From NCBI GenBank assembly GCA_900753135.1, contig CAADXZ010000119.1, forward strand, positions 1 to 34,159: a stretch of DNA of 34,159 nt, given 5' to 3'. Both the position numbers and the translations under genes were made by a program. Under the pieces are notes generated by a model. That model was not told the DNA's origin. It saw nothing but the letters and a program-made list of their open reading frames with translations, and did no database searches. Below are positions 17,422-26,402 of this stretch, in pieces; position 1 is the first letter of the stretch, and the number at the start of each line of letters is the position of its first letter. The stretch is from Clostridia bacterium (GTDB lineage: Bacteria > Bacillota > Clostridia > TANB77 > UBA1234).

Positions 17422-19638
17422 TTAGTTTAAATCATCTGGTCTTTTTTCATTCTTGCCAAAATAATACAAAATTGCTTCAACAATTCTTTCACATGCATTG
17501 CCGTCTCCATAAGGATTTGCAGCCTTTGACATTTCGGCATAAGCTTTTTCGTCAGTTAACAATTTTGTTGCTTCTTCAATTATTGTATTTTTATCTGTTC
17601 CAACTATTTTTACTGTACCAGCTGTAACAGCCTCTGGTCTTTCCGTCTCTGTTCTTAATACTAATACAGGTTTTCCTAGTGAAGGAGCTTCTTCTTGAAT
17701 TCCTCCAGAATCAGTCATAACCATATACGATCTATTCATCAAGTTGTGTGTTGTAATAACATCAAGAGGTTCAATTAGATGAACATTTTTCACCTCTCCC
17801 AAAGTCTTAGTAGCAACATCTTGAACAGCAGGATTTAAATGCACAGGATATACAACTTCAATATCTTTAAATTTGGTAGCAATCTCTTTAACTGCATTAC
17901 ATATATTTTGAAGTGGTTCTCCTAAGTTTTCTCTTCTATGTGCTGTCATAAAAATAACCTTTTTATTAAAGTCTATTTTTGAAAGTACTGGATGTGTGAA
18001 TGTGTAATTCTCTTTAACAGTCGTTTTAAGTGCATCAATTACAGTATTACCTGTTACATATATAGTTCCCTCATTTATCATTTCTCTCAAAAGGTTTGCC
18101 TTATTATTTTGCGTTGGTGCAAAATATAAATCTGCCAAATTAGTAACCAATCTTCTATTCATTTCTTCTGGATATGGAGAATACTTATCATAAGTTCTCA
18201 AACCAGCTTCAACATGTCCAACTTTTGTCTTACAATAAAATGAAGCTAATGCGGCTGAGAAAGTAGTTGTTGTATCTCCGTGCACCAATATCAAATCTGG
18301 TTTTTCTTTATTTATTACATCATACATTCCTTCTAACACTGCAGATGTTATATGTGTTAGTGTTTGCTTATCTTTCATAACATTCAAGTCATATTCTGGT
18401 TCGATTTCAAAAGCCTTTAAAACTTGATCAAGCATTTGTCTGTGTTGAGCTGTAACACACACTACAGTCTCAATATTTTCATATTCGCGTAGCTTTAAAA
18501 CTAATGGGCACATTTTTATAGCCTCTGGTCTTGTTCCAAAAACAACCATTACTTTTATCTTTTCTTTATTTAATACTTCTCTAACATCTTTATTTTTTAT
18601 CATAGTCTTTTTTCCTCCAAATAAATCTTTAGAACCCAAAACAGAAAGAACGGCAAGTATTGCTACAAGCATTATTACTTTCCAAATGCTACTTTCTAAT
18701 ATTACAACAGCTAAAATTCCAAGTATTGCTGTAACTGCATATAAAACTAAAACAGCCTGTTTTTGAGTTAATCCAGCATCAATTAATCTGTGATGCAAGT
18801 GTCCTCTATCGGCTTCCATTATTGATTTATGGTGTAAAATTCTTCTGAAGATTGCAAACAATGTATCAAAAATGGGTAAGCCCAATATTACAACCGGAAG
18901 TATAATAGCCATAAATGTATATGTTTTAGCCATACCAATCATGGAAACAGTTGCAAGTATAAAGCCTAATGAGTTAGAACCAACATCGCCCATGAACGTC
19001 TTAGCTGGATTAAAATTATATGGAAGAAATCCAATAAGACCTCCAAGTAATGCGATTGTTAAAAGTAATGGCAATTCTCCAGAACCATTTAAAATAAATA
19101 TAACACTTAAAGATAGTGTAGAAATAGCTGAAACACCAGTTGCAAGTCCATCAAGTCCATCTATTAGATTTAACGCGTTTGTAACACCAATTATCCATCC
19201 AAATGTAATGATTATTGATAAAATATCATTTAAACCATATAACGTTAAAAATGGAATGTTAATATAACAAATTCTAAGTCCACTTGCAATTACAACAATT
19301 GCCGCTATCATCTGTGCAATCAACTTCTGCCAAGCTTTAAGTTGATAAACATCATCCAAGAATCCAACAGATGCAATTATTGCAAGTCCAATAAAAAAGC
19401 CAAATAAATTTGTCGTATCAGCTATTCCACCAGTTAATAACATGTATATAATTGAAACAAAAAAACCCAGAATAAATGCTAGTCCGCCCATTCGAGGCAT
19501 TGTCTTAGAATGGACTCTTCTGGCATCTTTTGGTATATCTACTGCTCCAACTTTATAAGCAAGTTTTATTGTAATAGGGGTTAAAATTGCGGAAGTAAGT
19601 GCCGCAAGTACAAATGTAATTAATATATTTATAGCCAT
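17422..19638 (-). CDS. Fusion protein combining an undecaprenyl-phosphate GlcNAc-1-P transferase (TagO/WecA, GT4/MraY-like) with a non-hydrolysing UDP-GlcNAc 2-epimerase (MnaA/WecB)
   Basis: This is a single 738-aa ORF. Residues 1 to about 340 are polytopic with FLDDVYQL, NLIDGLDGLATG, FMGDVGSN and HLHHRL. From about residue 360 onward it carries VVFGTRPEAIKMCP, HVEAGLRTYD and DSGGIQEEAPSLGKPVLVLR. Confidence 0.85.
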   Translation of the reverse strand: MAINILITFVLAALTSAILTPITIKLAYKVGAVDIPKDARRVHSKTMPRMGGLAFILGFFVSIIYMLLTGGIADTTNLFGFFIGLAIIASVGFLDDVYQLKAWQKLIAQMIAAIVVIASGLRICYINIPFLTLYGLNDILSIIITFGWIIGVTNALNLIDGLDGLATGVSAISTLSLSVIFILNGSGELPLLLTIALLGGLIGFLPYNFNPAKTFMGDVGSNSLGFILATVSMIGMAKTYTFMAIILPVVILGLPIFDTLFAIFRRILHHKSIMEADRGHLHHRLIDAGLTQKQAVLVLYAVTAILGILAVVILESSIWKVIMLVAILAVLSVLGSKDLFGGKKTMIKNKDVREVLNKEKIKVMVVFGTRPEAIKMCPLVLKLREYENIETVVCVTAQHRQMLDQVLKAFEIEPEYDLNVMKDKQTLTHITSAVLEGMYDVINKEKPDLILVHGDTTTTFSAALASFYCKTKVGHVEAGLRTYDKYSPYPEEMNRRLVTNLADLYFAPTQNNKANLLREMINEGTIYVTGNTVIDALKTTVKENYTFTHPVLSKIDFNKKVIFMTAHRRENLGEPLQNICNAVKEIATKFKDIEVVYPVHLNPAVQDVATKTLGEVKNVHLIEPLDVITTHNLMNRSYMVMTDSGGIQEEAPSLGKPVLVLRTETERPEAVTAGTVKIVGTDKNTIIEEATKLLTDEKAYAEMSKAANPYGDGNACERIVEAILYYFGKNEKRPDDLN

Positions 19639-19641
19639 AAT

Positions 19642-20085
19642 TTACTCCTTTTCGTTTTCATATTTTTCAACTATTGCAAGTCTTTCTGCATATATTCCAT
19701 TTAGAAATTTTGCATTTTTCCATATGTCAATTCTTTCTATCGCTTCTGGCAATGTCACAAAATCAGCACCTAGTGCTAGTACATTAGCATTATTATGTTC
19801 TTTTGCAGAAAGTGCTGTCTCATTATTATAACATATAGCACATCTAATTTTCTTCACTTTGTTTGCAGCCATAACCATTCCAATCCCAGAACGGCAAATC
19901 AATATCCCCGCTTCACATTCTCCATTTGCTACTGCTTCTGAAACTGCAATTGCCACCTTAGGTTCTTCTAATCCTCTTGATTCATCGAATGCTCCGAAAT
20001 CTTTTAATTCACTTCCATAATGTGCTTTTAATTCTTCTTTTAATCTAAATCCACCATGATCAGCACCAATTGCTATCATAGTCAC
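19642..20085 (-). CDS. rpiB: Ribose-5-phosphate isomerase B
   Basis: The 147-aa ORF is RpiB/LacAB family (MIAIGADHGG, CRSGIGM). It overlaps the upstream phosphatase gene by 4 nt, as in ywlE-ywlF of B. subtilis. Confidence 0.85.
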   Translation of the reverse strand: MTMIAIGADHGGFRLKEELKAHYGSELKDFGAFDESRGLEEPKVAIAVSEAVANGECEAGILICRSGIGMVMAANKVKKIRCAICYNNETALSAKEHNNANVLALGADFVTLPEAIERIDIWKNAKFLNGIYAERLAIVEKYENEKE

Positions 20086-20570
20086 TCCTCCTTATCATTT
20101 TTTTCGTTTTCCAATTTTTCTATAACTTTTTCTATTAAATCGTCTAATTCATCAGCACACTTTTCATAAGTGCTTTCGTCACAGCCATATGGATCAGCAA
20201 CATCCCCAGCCATTTCTACATATCCTTTTAACGTATATATCTTCTTTATATCATTACTATTGTGTACAAAATAAGCAATATGATGCAAATGAGATGCAGA
20301 CATACATAACACCAAGTCTGCGTTTTCAACATCTTTTAAAGTTATTTGTGTAGGAACATGTTTTGAAATATCAATATCGTATTTTTCTTTCATAACCTTA
20401 ACAGCATTTTCAGTCGGTTTTCCCAGTTCCACATCAGCTGCCAATCCTACGGATGTAGCACTATATTCATCTGGTTTGAAACCATGTTCTTTTATCTTTT
20501 TATTAAAAAGAGCCTCTGCCATTGGACTCCTACAAGTATTTCCTGTACAAACAAATAAAACATTAGCCAT
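20082..20570 (-). CDS. ywlE: Low-molecular-weight phosphatase, YwlE-like (protein arginine/tyrosine phosphatase)
   Basis: It has the CX5R(S/T) P-loop VCTGNTCRSPMAE and the D-loop DPYG. It is syntenic with rpiB. Confidence 0.8.
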   Translation of the reverse strand: MANVLFVCTGNTCRSPMAEALFNKKIKEHGFKPDEYSATSVGLAADVELGKPTENAVKVMKEKYDIDISKHVPTQITLKDVENADLVLCMSASHLHHIAYFVHNSNDIKKIYTLKGYVEMAGDVADPYGCDESTYEKCADELDDLIEKVIEKLENEKNDKEE

Positions 20571-20598
20571 AAAATCACCTCAAATCCATATACCCCTA

Positions 20599-20626
20599 AT
20601 TATACAACAAATATAAAATTTTGCAA
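20599..20626 (-). promoter_or_regulatory. Putative sigmaA promoter of the long ywlE-rpiB-tagO::mnaA-rsmB... operon
   Basis: The minus strand reads TTGCAA (20626..20621), N16, TATAAT (20604..20599). A GAGGTGA RBS precedes the ATG at 20570. Confidence 0.5.
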
Positions 20627-20644
20627 TAGTGGGAATAAAAGGTA

Positions 20645-20673
20645 TTTACACCTAAATGTTGATAATATATAAT
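20645..20673 (+). promoter_or_regulatory. Putative sigmaA promoter of tagA
   Basis: TTTACA (20645..20650), N17, TATAAT (20668..20673). Confidence 0.55.
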
Positions 20674-20703
20674 TTAATAGAACTTTTATTAATGGAGGTT
20701 AAT

Positions 20704-21432
20704 ATGAATAAAGTAAATATTTTAGGAGTTAATTTCGATAATGTAAACATGCAAGAAGCTGTTGATATATGCAAGTCTTTTTTAGCTACAGATACTGGTC
20801 ATTTGGTGGTAACGCCAAACCCAGAAATAGTTATGAAAGCAAAGGACAATATTGAGTTTAAAAATATAATAAACAATGCTGCACTTGTAATTCCAGATGG
20901 AATAGGGATTATAAAAGCAGGAAATATCCTAGGGACACCTTTAAAAGAACGTGTCGCTGGATACGATTTAATTTGTAATCTATTCGAAGAAGGAAAAGAT
21001 GGTTCAATTTCTTTTTATTTTTGGGGTAGTAAACCAGGAATTGCAGAAAAGGCAAAACAAAAAATAAAAGAAAAATATCCAAATCTTAACGTTGTTGGTA
21101 CTCATAATGGTTATTTTAATGATGATGAAGAAAAAGAAATAGTTAAAGAAATAGCAGAATTGAAACCTGATGTTTTACTTGTAGGACTTGGAATGCAAAA
21201 ACAAGAAATGATAATAAACAAATACTTAGACAGCCATATGTTTAAGATTGGTATTGGCTGTGGTGGAAGTATTGACGTTATATCTGGAGAAGTAAAACGT
21301 GCTCCAAAAATATTTATCAAAATGCATTTAGAGTGGTTTTATCGCCTTTTAAAAGAACCAACTAGACTAAAGAGAATGATGATTCTTCCTGAGTTTATTA
21401 AAGAAGTAAAGAAAGTAAAAAAATCATCATAG
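20704..21432 (+). CDS. tagA: N-acetylmannosaminyltransferase, WecB/TagA/CpsF (GT26) family
   Basis: The sequence is GT26-like (ILGVNFDNV..., VTPNPEI, GSKPG, VGLGMQKQE). The start is set at ATG 20704, 5 nt after a GGAGG RBS. The upstream extension in the ORF track lacks an RBS. Confidence 0.85.
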   Translation: MNKVNILGVNFDNVNMQEAVDICKSFLATDTGHLVVTPNPEIVMKAKDNIEFKNIINNAALVIPDGIGIIKAGNILGTPLKERVAGYDLICNLFEEGKDGSISFYFWGSKPGIAEKAKQKIKEKYPNLNVVGTHNGYFNDDEEKEIVKEIAELKPDVLLVGLGMQKQEMIINKYLDSHMFKIGIGCGGSIDVISGEVKRAPKIFIKMHLEWFYRLLKEPTRLKRMMILPEFIKEVKKVKKSS

Positions 21433-21447
21433 CTACTTTCCAATTAC

Positions 21448-21530
21448 ACAAGAAAGATGAAAATTTTCGATTTTCATTCTTTCGTCCCTCGAGAGTTTTC
21501 GACTGAAAGGAAGAAAATCTCTCGCATAAA
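21448..21530 (+). repeat. Intergenic structured repeat, copy 3 (module A only)
   Basis: It is 81/83 identical to 1..83, with mismatches at 21465 and 21485. It lies between the tagA stop and the shared terminator, so on the plus strand it falls in the tagA 3' UTR. Confidence 0.85.
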
Positions 21531-21566
21531 AAAGCAGAGGTTGAAATCTTACCTCTGCTCTTTTTC
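21527..21566. terminator. Bidirectional Rho-independent terminator (tagA / HAD gene)
   Basis: The stem pairs agcagaggt (21533..21541) with acctctgct (21551..21559). T-rich tails are present on both strands. The HAD stop codon lies in the loop/right arm. Confidence 0.8.
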
Positions 21567-22373
21567 TTTTAATAGTTTTTCAATAAAAACAGCAACACCA
21601 TCTTCATCATTTGAAAGAGTCACCTCTGTCGCTTGATTTTTCACAAAATCGAAAGCATTTCCCATTGCTACACTTCTTCCAGTCACTTCGAACATAGATA
21701 TATCATTTCTGTCATCACCTATCGATATTGCATCAGTTAAACTAATATCTAAATATTTGCACAATTCTTTTACAGCATTCCCCTTTGATGTGATTTTGTT
21801 TACCACATCAATATAAATAGTTCCAACTCTCGGAGCTGTGGAATTTATTAAACTTTTGTGCTGATTACTAATAACAACGTTTTGGAGATTCAAAACATTT
21901 TTTCTAGCCTCTTCTATAACTGAAAATTCTTCTGAAGTTATAACACATTGTAAAACTTGGTTGTTGTCAAGAAACGTGCCTAAATCTGTATCTAAGACTT
22001 TCTCTTCAACTCTCATATTTTCTTTAATCTTGTTCATTACTCTACCATTTGGGATATTAAATGTGTATCTTGCACCACATCTTTCAGCAATTTTAGCTAT
22101 CTCCAAGCACGAGTTTTTATCTATTGTATCACAATAGATATTCTCATTTGTGTAATAATTGTCAATACTAGCTCCACCAGATGAAATAATATACTCACTT
22201 GCTCCACATTCAATGCTCACATCCTGAGCATATTTTTGTGGTCTTCCTGAACATATGACAACAATTATTCCTCTTTCTTTTGCCAATTCAATGGCTTTTT
22301 TAGTTTTTTCTCTAGTTGTTTTCATACTATCTCTAAGTGTTCCATCAATATCTACAAATATTATTTTATACAT
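21549..22373 (-). CDS. Cof-type HAD-IIB sugar phosphatase
   Basis: It has the HAD motifs FVDIDGTL and GDDRNDISMF with a cap domain between them. Confidence 0.85.
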   Translation of the reverse strand: MYKIIFVDIDGTLRDSMKTTREKTKKAIELAKERGIIVVICSGRPQKYAQDVSIECGASEYIISSGGASIDNYYTNENIYCDTIDKNSCLEIAKIAERCGARYTFNIPNGRVMNKIKENMRVEEKVLDTDLGTFLDNNQVLQCVITSEEFSVIEEARKNVLNLQNVVISNQHKSLINSTAPRVGTIYIDVVNKITSKGNAVKELCKYLDISLTDAISIGDDRNDISMFEVTGRSVAMGNAFDFVKNQATEVTLSNDEDGVAVFIEKLLKEKEQR

Positions 22374-22455
22374 ACCTCTTCGCCCTCATATCATATTTTC
22401 ATTATCACTCATGCGATTTTATCATATTATATGGAATTTGGCTATCTCAAAATAT

Positions 22456-24316
22456 TTATATTATCAAATTATAAATAAAAGTAATAATAGCACAAGTGAT
22501 CATTCCAAATATTGTTGGAAGTAATACTGATATAACAGTCCATTTTACGCTTTTTGTTTCTTTTAATATTGTCAAGCAAGTTGTCGAGCAAGGCCAATGC
22601 ATAAGTGAAAAAATAATTGTGCAAACTGCTGTATTTATTGTCCATCCATTTAAAAGTAATATGTTCTTCATTTCCATCAAATTGTTAATTTGTGAAAGTT
22701 CTCCAGACAAATTGTATGCCATCATTGCTATAGGAATAACAATCTCATTAGCTGGAAAGCCAAGAATAAATGCTGCAAGTAAAACTCCATCCAAGCCAAT
22801 TATTCTCGCAAATGGATCCAAAAAATCAGTTATATATTTTAAGATTGAAACATCCGAAATATTTATATTCGCTAAAAGCCAGATAACTATTCCGGTGGGT
22901 AGTGCCACCAAAGCAGCACGCCCTAGTACAAATAATGTTCTGTCGAAAATCGAACGCACAATTGTGCTACCTATTTTGGGAACTCTGTATGGTGGTAATT
23001 CTAATGTAAAAGAAGATGTTTCTCCCTTTAATAATGTTTTAGACAATAATTTTGATGAAATAAACGTCATCATTATTCCTAACAATATTACTAAGAATAA
23101 AATTACAACTCCAGCAAAAGAAGAAAATACTCCTGTATAGCTTCCAATAAGAAACATAGAAATAATCGAAATCATTGCTGGAAATCTTCCATTACATGGA
23201 ACAAACGCATTTGTAAGTATTGCAATCAACCTTTCTCGTGGCGAATCTATTATCCTCGCTCCAACAACACCACATGCATTGCATCCGAATCCCATACACA
23301 TTGTCAAAGCCTGCTTTCCACATGCATTACATTTTTTAAAAGTTTTATCCATGTTGAAAGCTATTCTCGGCAAATATCCTAAATCTTCAAGCAATGTAAA
23401 CAGCGGAAAAAATATAGCCATCGGCGGAAGCATTACAGAAACAACCCATGTTAAAACTTTATATCCTCCACCGAAGCATAACACCAGTAACATACTCTGG
23501 AACTTTTAAGAAACGAAACAGAGTATATAATTTTTCTCCCAGACTTTCAAATAAACCATATAAAATTTCTGTTGGATAATTAGCTCCTACTATTGTTATC
23601 CAAAATATAATTACAAGTAGTATAAGCATTATTGGTATTCCTGTTGCTTTGTTAGTTAGTATCCTATCAATTCTTCTATCCTTTTCGGCATAATCTTTTT
23701 TATTAAATGTTACAACTTGATTAGCTATATCCTCAGACTTTTTAATATATTCGATTGTTTTATTCGAGTTTAATTTATTAACCATCTTTCCACACTTTTT
23801 TTCATATTTGTGTGTAGAGAAATTGCCAAGTTCATCAATTAATTGATCTAAACCATATTTTTTTCTTGCACATAACGGAATTACAGGTACCTTTAAAATT
23901 CTAGATAACTTTTCATAGTCTATTTGTATCTTTTTCTTTTCTGCTTCATCTATCAAATTTACACACACAATAACATTCGGTGTTACATCCAGCACCTGCA
24001 ATACAAGGTTCAAATTTCTTTCTAAACACACAGCATCACAGACAACAACTATTCCATCATAGTCATCATTAAGTATAAAATCTCTTGTTACCTCCTCTTC
24101 TTTCGAATGTGATATTAGCGAGTATGTACCTGGTAAGTCATATATCTCAACATGATTTTTTCCACACTCACATTCTCCAATTGCGCTTTCAACAGTCTTG
24201 CCTGGCCAGTTTCCTGTATGTTGTTTCATTCCAGTTAGAGCATTAAAAACTGTACTTTTTCCAACATTAGGATTACCAGCCAATCCTATCTTTAAAGTAT
24301 TATTTTTCATGTTCAA
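22456..24316 (-). pseudogene. feoB: Ferrous iron transporter FeoB, interrupted by a +1 frameshift
   Basis: The G-domain ORF (23459..24316) carries GNPNVGKST, DLPGTYSL and NLID. The membrane-domain ORF (22456..23493) carries LLEDLGYLPRIAF and GFGCNACG. The two overlap in different frames. Continuity of the FeoB-like sequence (..PEYVTG | LCFGGGYKV..) places the shift near 23482..23486. Confidence 0.8.
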
Positions 24317-24543
24317 CTCCCACCCTATCTATACTAATACACTTGGCATCCTCGTCTCTTATAGCAATAACAGCACCCCTTATTAAATAAGCTTTAGGAT
24401 CGCCACATGGACTTTTCAAAACACACTCAACTAAAGTTCCATTTATAGCTCCAATATCCAATAGTCTTTGATACAAATTTGAAGAATTATCAATAGATGC
24501 AACTACCCCGTTTGTCTCCAAGATTTAATTGATTTAAGGTCAT
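24300..24543 (-). pseudogene. feoA: FeoA, interrupted by a +1 frameshift near its 5' end
   Basis: ATG 24543 follows an AAGGAAG RBS and encodes MTLNQLNLGDK, then stops at 24490. The FeoA body (VVASIDNSS..LIRGAVIAIR) continues in the +1 frame. The junction is at aaacgggg (24506..24513). Confidence 0.75.
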
Positions 24544-24687
24544 TCTTCCACTTCCTTTGATGTTATATTTTTACATATTACATATTATGTAGTGCTGACT
24601 CTGGTCGTTACTATAAGTTTTAAAAATCGATAATTTTCGTGTGTAAAACATTAGTTATAATATAAGATAAAAGCTTGTAATTTGGTG

Positions 24688-24716
24688 TTTACAGTTGCAT
24701 TTTTTTGGTATAGAAT
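24688..24716 (+). promoter_or_regulatory. Putative sigmaA promoter of tsaE-tsaB-rimI
   Basis: TTTACA (24688..24693), N17, TAGAAT (24711..24716). Confidence 0.45.
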
Positions 24717-24759
24717 ATAATTCGTATAAGGGTAATTATATATAGGAAAGGAATTTTAT

Positions 24760-25227
24760 ATGTTTAACGTTACTACAAATTCAGAAAATGAAACTCTTGC
24801 ACTCGGTCGAAAGATTGCACCTTTTTTAAAAAAAGGTGATGTAATAGTTTTATTGGGTGACTTAGGTGCCGGAAAGACACTTTTTGTTTCAGGTTTGCTT
24901 GATTTTTATAATAAAAAAGATGAGGCTTCTAGCCCAACATTCACCATTGTTAATGAATATAATTTAAAAGACGATCTTACTTTGTTTCATTTTGATGTTT
25001 ATAGATTAGATTCATCTAATGAATTTCTTGCAATAGGTGGAGATGAGTTCTTTGATAAAGGAATCTCTGTAATCGAATGGGGAAACAAAATATTAGATGT
25101 TTTACCAAAGGATTCATTGTTTATAAATATAGAAAAAACTCCTGATGATGTTAACAAAAGAATTTTTTCATTCAATTCATCTAGTGATAAATTCAATTCT
25201 TTATTTGAGGAGGTAAATTTAAAATGA
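24760..25227 (+). CDS. tsaE: tRNA t6A37 biosynthesis ATPase TsaE
   Basis: It has the P-loop LGDLGAGKT, a size of about 155 aa and the conserved operon position. Confidence 0.9.
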   Translation: MFNVTTNSENETLALGRKIAPFLKKGDVIVLLGDLGAGKTLFVSGLLDFYNKKDEASSPTFTIVNEYNLKDDLTLFHFDVYRLDSSNEFLAIGGDEFFDKGISVIEWGNKILDVLPKDSLFINIEKTPDDVNKRIFSFNSSSDKFNSLFEEVNLK

Positions 25228-25937
25228 AAATTCTAGCAATTGATACTTCGGGAACTAATTGTAGTGTTTGTATATTAAACGAGGAAAAAGTTATTTGTGA
25301 CTTTAATTTAAGTACAGGAACAACACATTCACAAACACTTCTACCAATGATAGATACTATAAAAAAGTTTTCAAATATAGACTTAGACGATATTGATGTA
25401 CTTGCATGTAGCATCGGGCCAGGTTCTTTTACTGGTCTACGCATAGGAATAGCTACAATAAAAGGATTTGCTTTATCGCTTAACAAGAAAGTTATAGGTG
25501 TTCCAACCTTAGTAGGACTCGCTTATAACACATCATATTTTGATGGATATGTTTGTTCTGTATTAGATGCAAAAAACAATAATGTTTACGCTGGAATATT
25601 TAAATATGAAAACGGAAAACCTATCTTAAAAGAGAATTATATTACAGACGACGTTAATACATTGATAAGTATTTTAAAAGAAAAAGATGACAAAGTTTTA
25701 TTTGTGGGTGACGGTGCTTTGTCTTTCAAAGCAAAGTTTGGAGAAGAACTGGGCGAAAATGCATTCTTTGCTCCCCTACACCTAAACAATCAGCTTTCAT
25801 CTTCCATAGCAAAAGCAGCTCTTGACAAAGCATTACTTAATGAATTTGATGATTACAATACATTAAATCCTCTTTATCTAAAGAAATCACAAGCCGAAAG
25901 GATGCTTGAAGAAGATGGAAAAAATAACAATAACTAA
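25224..25937 (+). CDS. tsaB: tRNA t6A37 biosynthesis protein TsaB
   Basis: It starts MKILAIDTSG and carries GPGSFTGLRIG. It overlaps tsaE by 4 nt. Confidence 0.9.
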   Translation: MKILAIDTSGTNCSVCILNEEKVICDFNLSTGTTHSQTLLPMIDTIKKFSNIDLDDIDVLACSIGPGSFTGLRIGIATIKGFALSLNKKVIGVPTLVGLAYNTSYFDGYVCSVLDAKNNNVYAGIFKYENGKPILKENYITDDVNTLISILKEKDDKVLFVGDGALSFKAKFGEELGENAFFAPLHLNNQLSSSIAKAALDKALLNEFDDYNTLNPLYLKKSQAERMLEEDGKNNNN

Positions 25938-26370
25938 AATGTCAAAAGATGATTTAGTTGGAATTTACGAGGTTGAGAAAACAGCTTTTCCTATTCCATG
26001 GCCGATTTCATCTTTTGAAGAAGAGCTAAGAAATATGCTTGCCACTTATTTAATTGCAAAAATCGATAACAAAGTAGTCGGATATATTGGTTTATGGTTT
26101 GTTATGGATGAATGTCATATTACTAATATTGCTGTTCATGCTGAATACAGAAGAAATAAGATAGCATCTAAATTAATAGATGAAATGCTCGTTCTGTGCA
26201 AAGAACACGAAACATCATACATACTGCTTGAAGTAAGAAAAAGCAATTTACCAGCTATTAATTTATATAAAAAATTTGGATTTAAAGAAGATTCTATCCG
26301 AAAGGATTATTACAAAAATCCAGATAACACACGTGAAGATGCAGTAATGATGTCATTAGAACTATACTAA
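25915..26370 (+). CDS. rimI: Ribosomal-protein-alanine N-acetyltransferase (GNAT)
   Basis: It has a GNAT fold signature (ITNIAVHAEYRRNKIASKL) and the conserved tsaB-rimI position. The start is ambiguous among TTG 25906, ATG 25915 and ATG 25939. Confidence 0.8.
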   Translation: MEKITITKMSKDDLVGIYEVEKTAFPIPWPISSFEEELRNMLATYLIAKIDNKVVGYIGLWFVMDECHITNIAVHAEYRRNKIASKLIDEMLVLCKEHETSYILLEVRKSNLPAINLYKKFGFKEDSIRKDYYKNPDNTREDAVMMSLELY

Positions 26371-26402
26371 ATAAATTTTAAAAATACAAAGGAGAAAATA
26401 TC

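Noticed and set aside
22388-22406. A Fur-box-like sequence (minus strand GATAATGAAAATATGATAT) lies between feoB and the HAD gene.
   Set aside because: Only about 11 of 19 positions match the classical consensus, concentrated in one half-site. It lies downstream of feoB rather than upstream of the operon. The AT-rich background makes such matches common.
24627-24639. tcGATAATtttcg lies in the feoA upstream region and could be a Fur half-site.
   Set aside because: It is a single half-site with no inverted partner, so it is not distinguishable from background.
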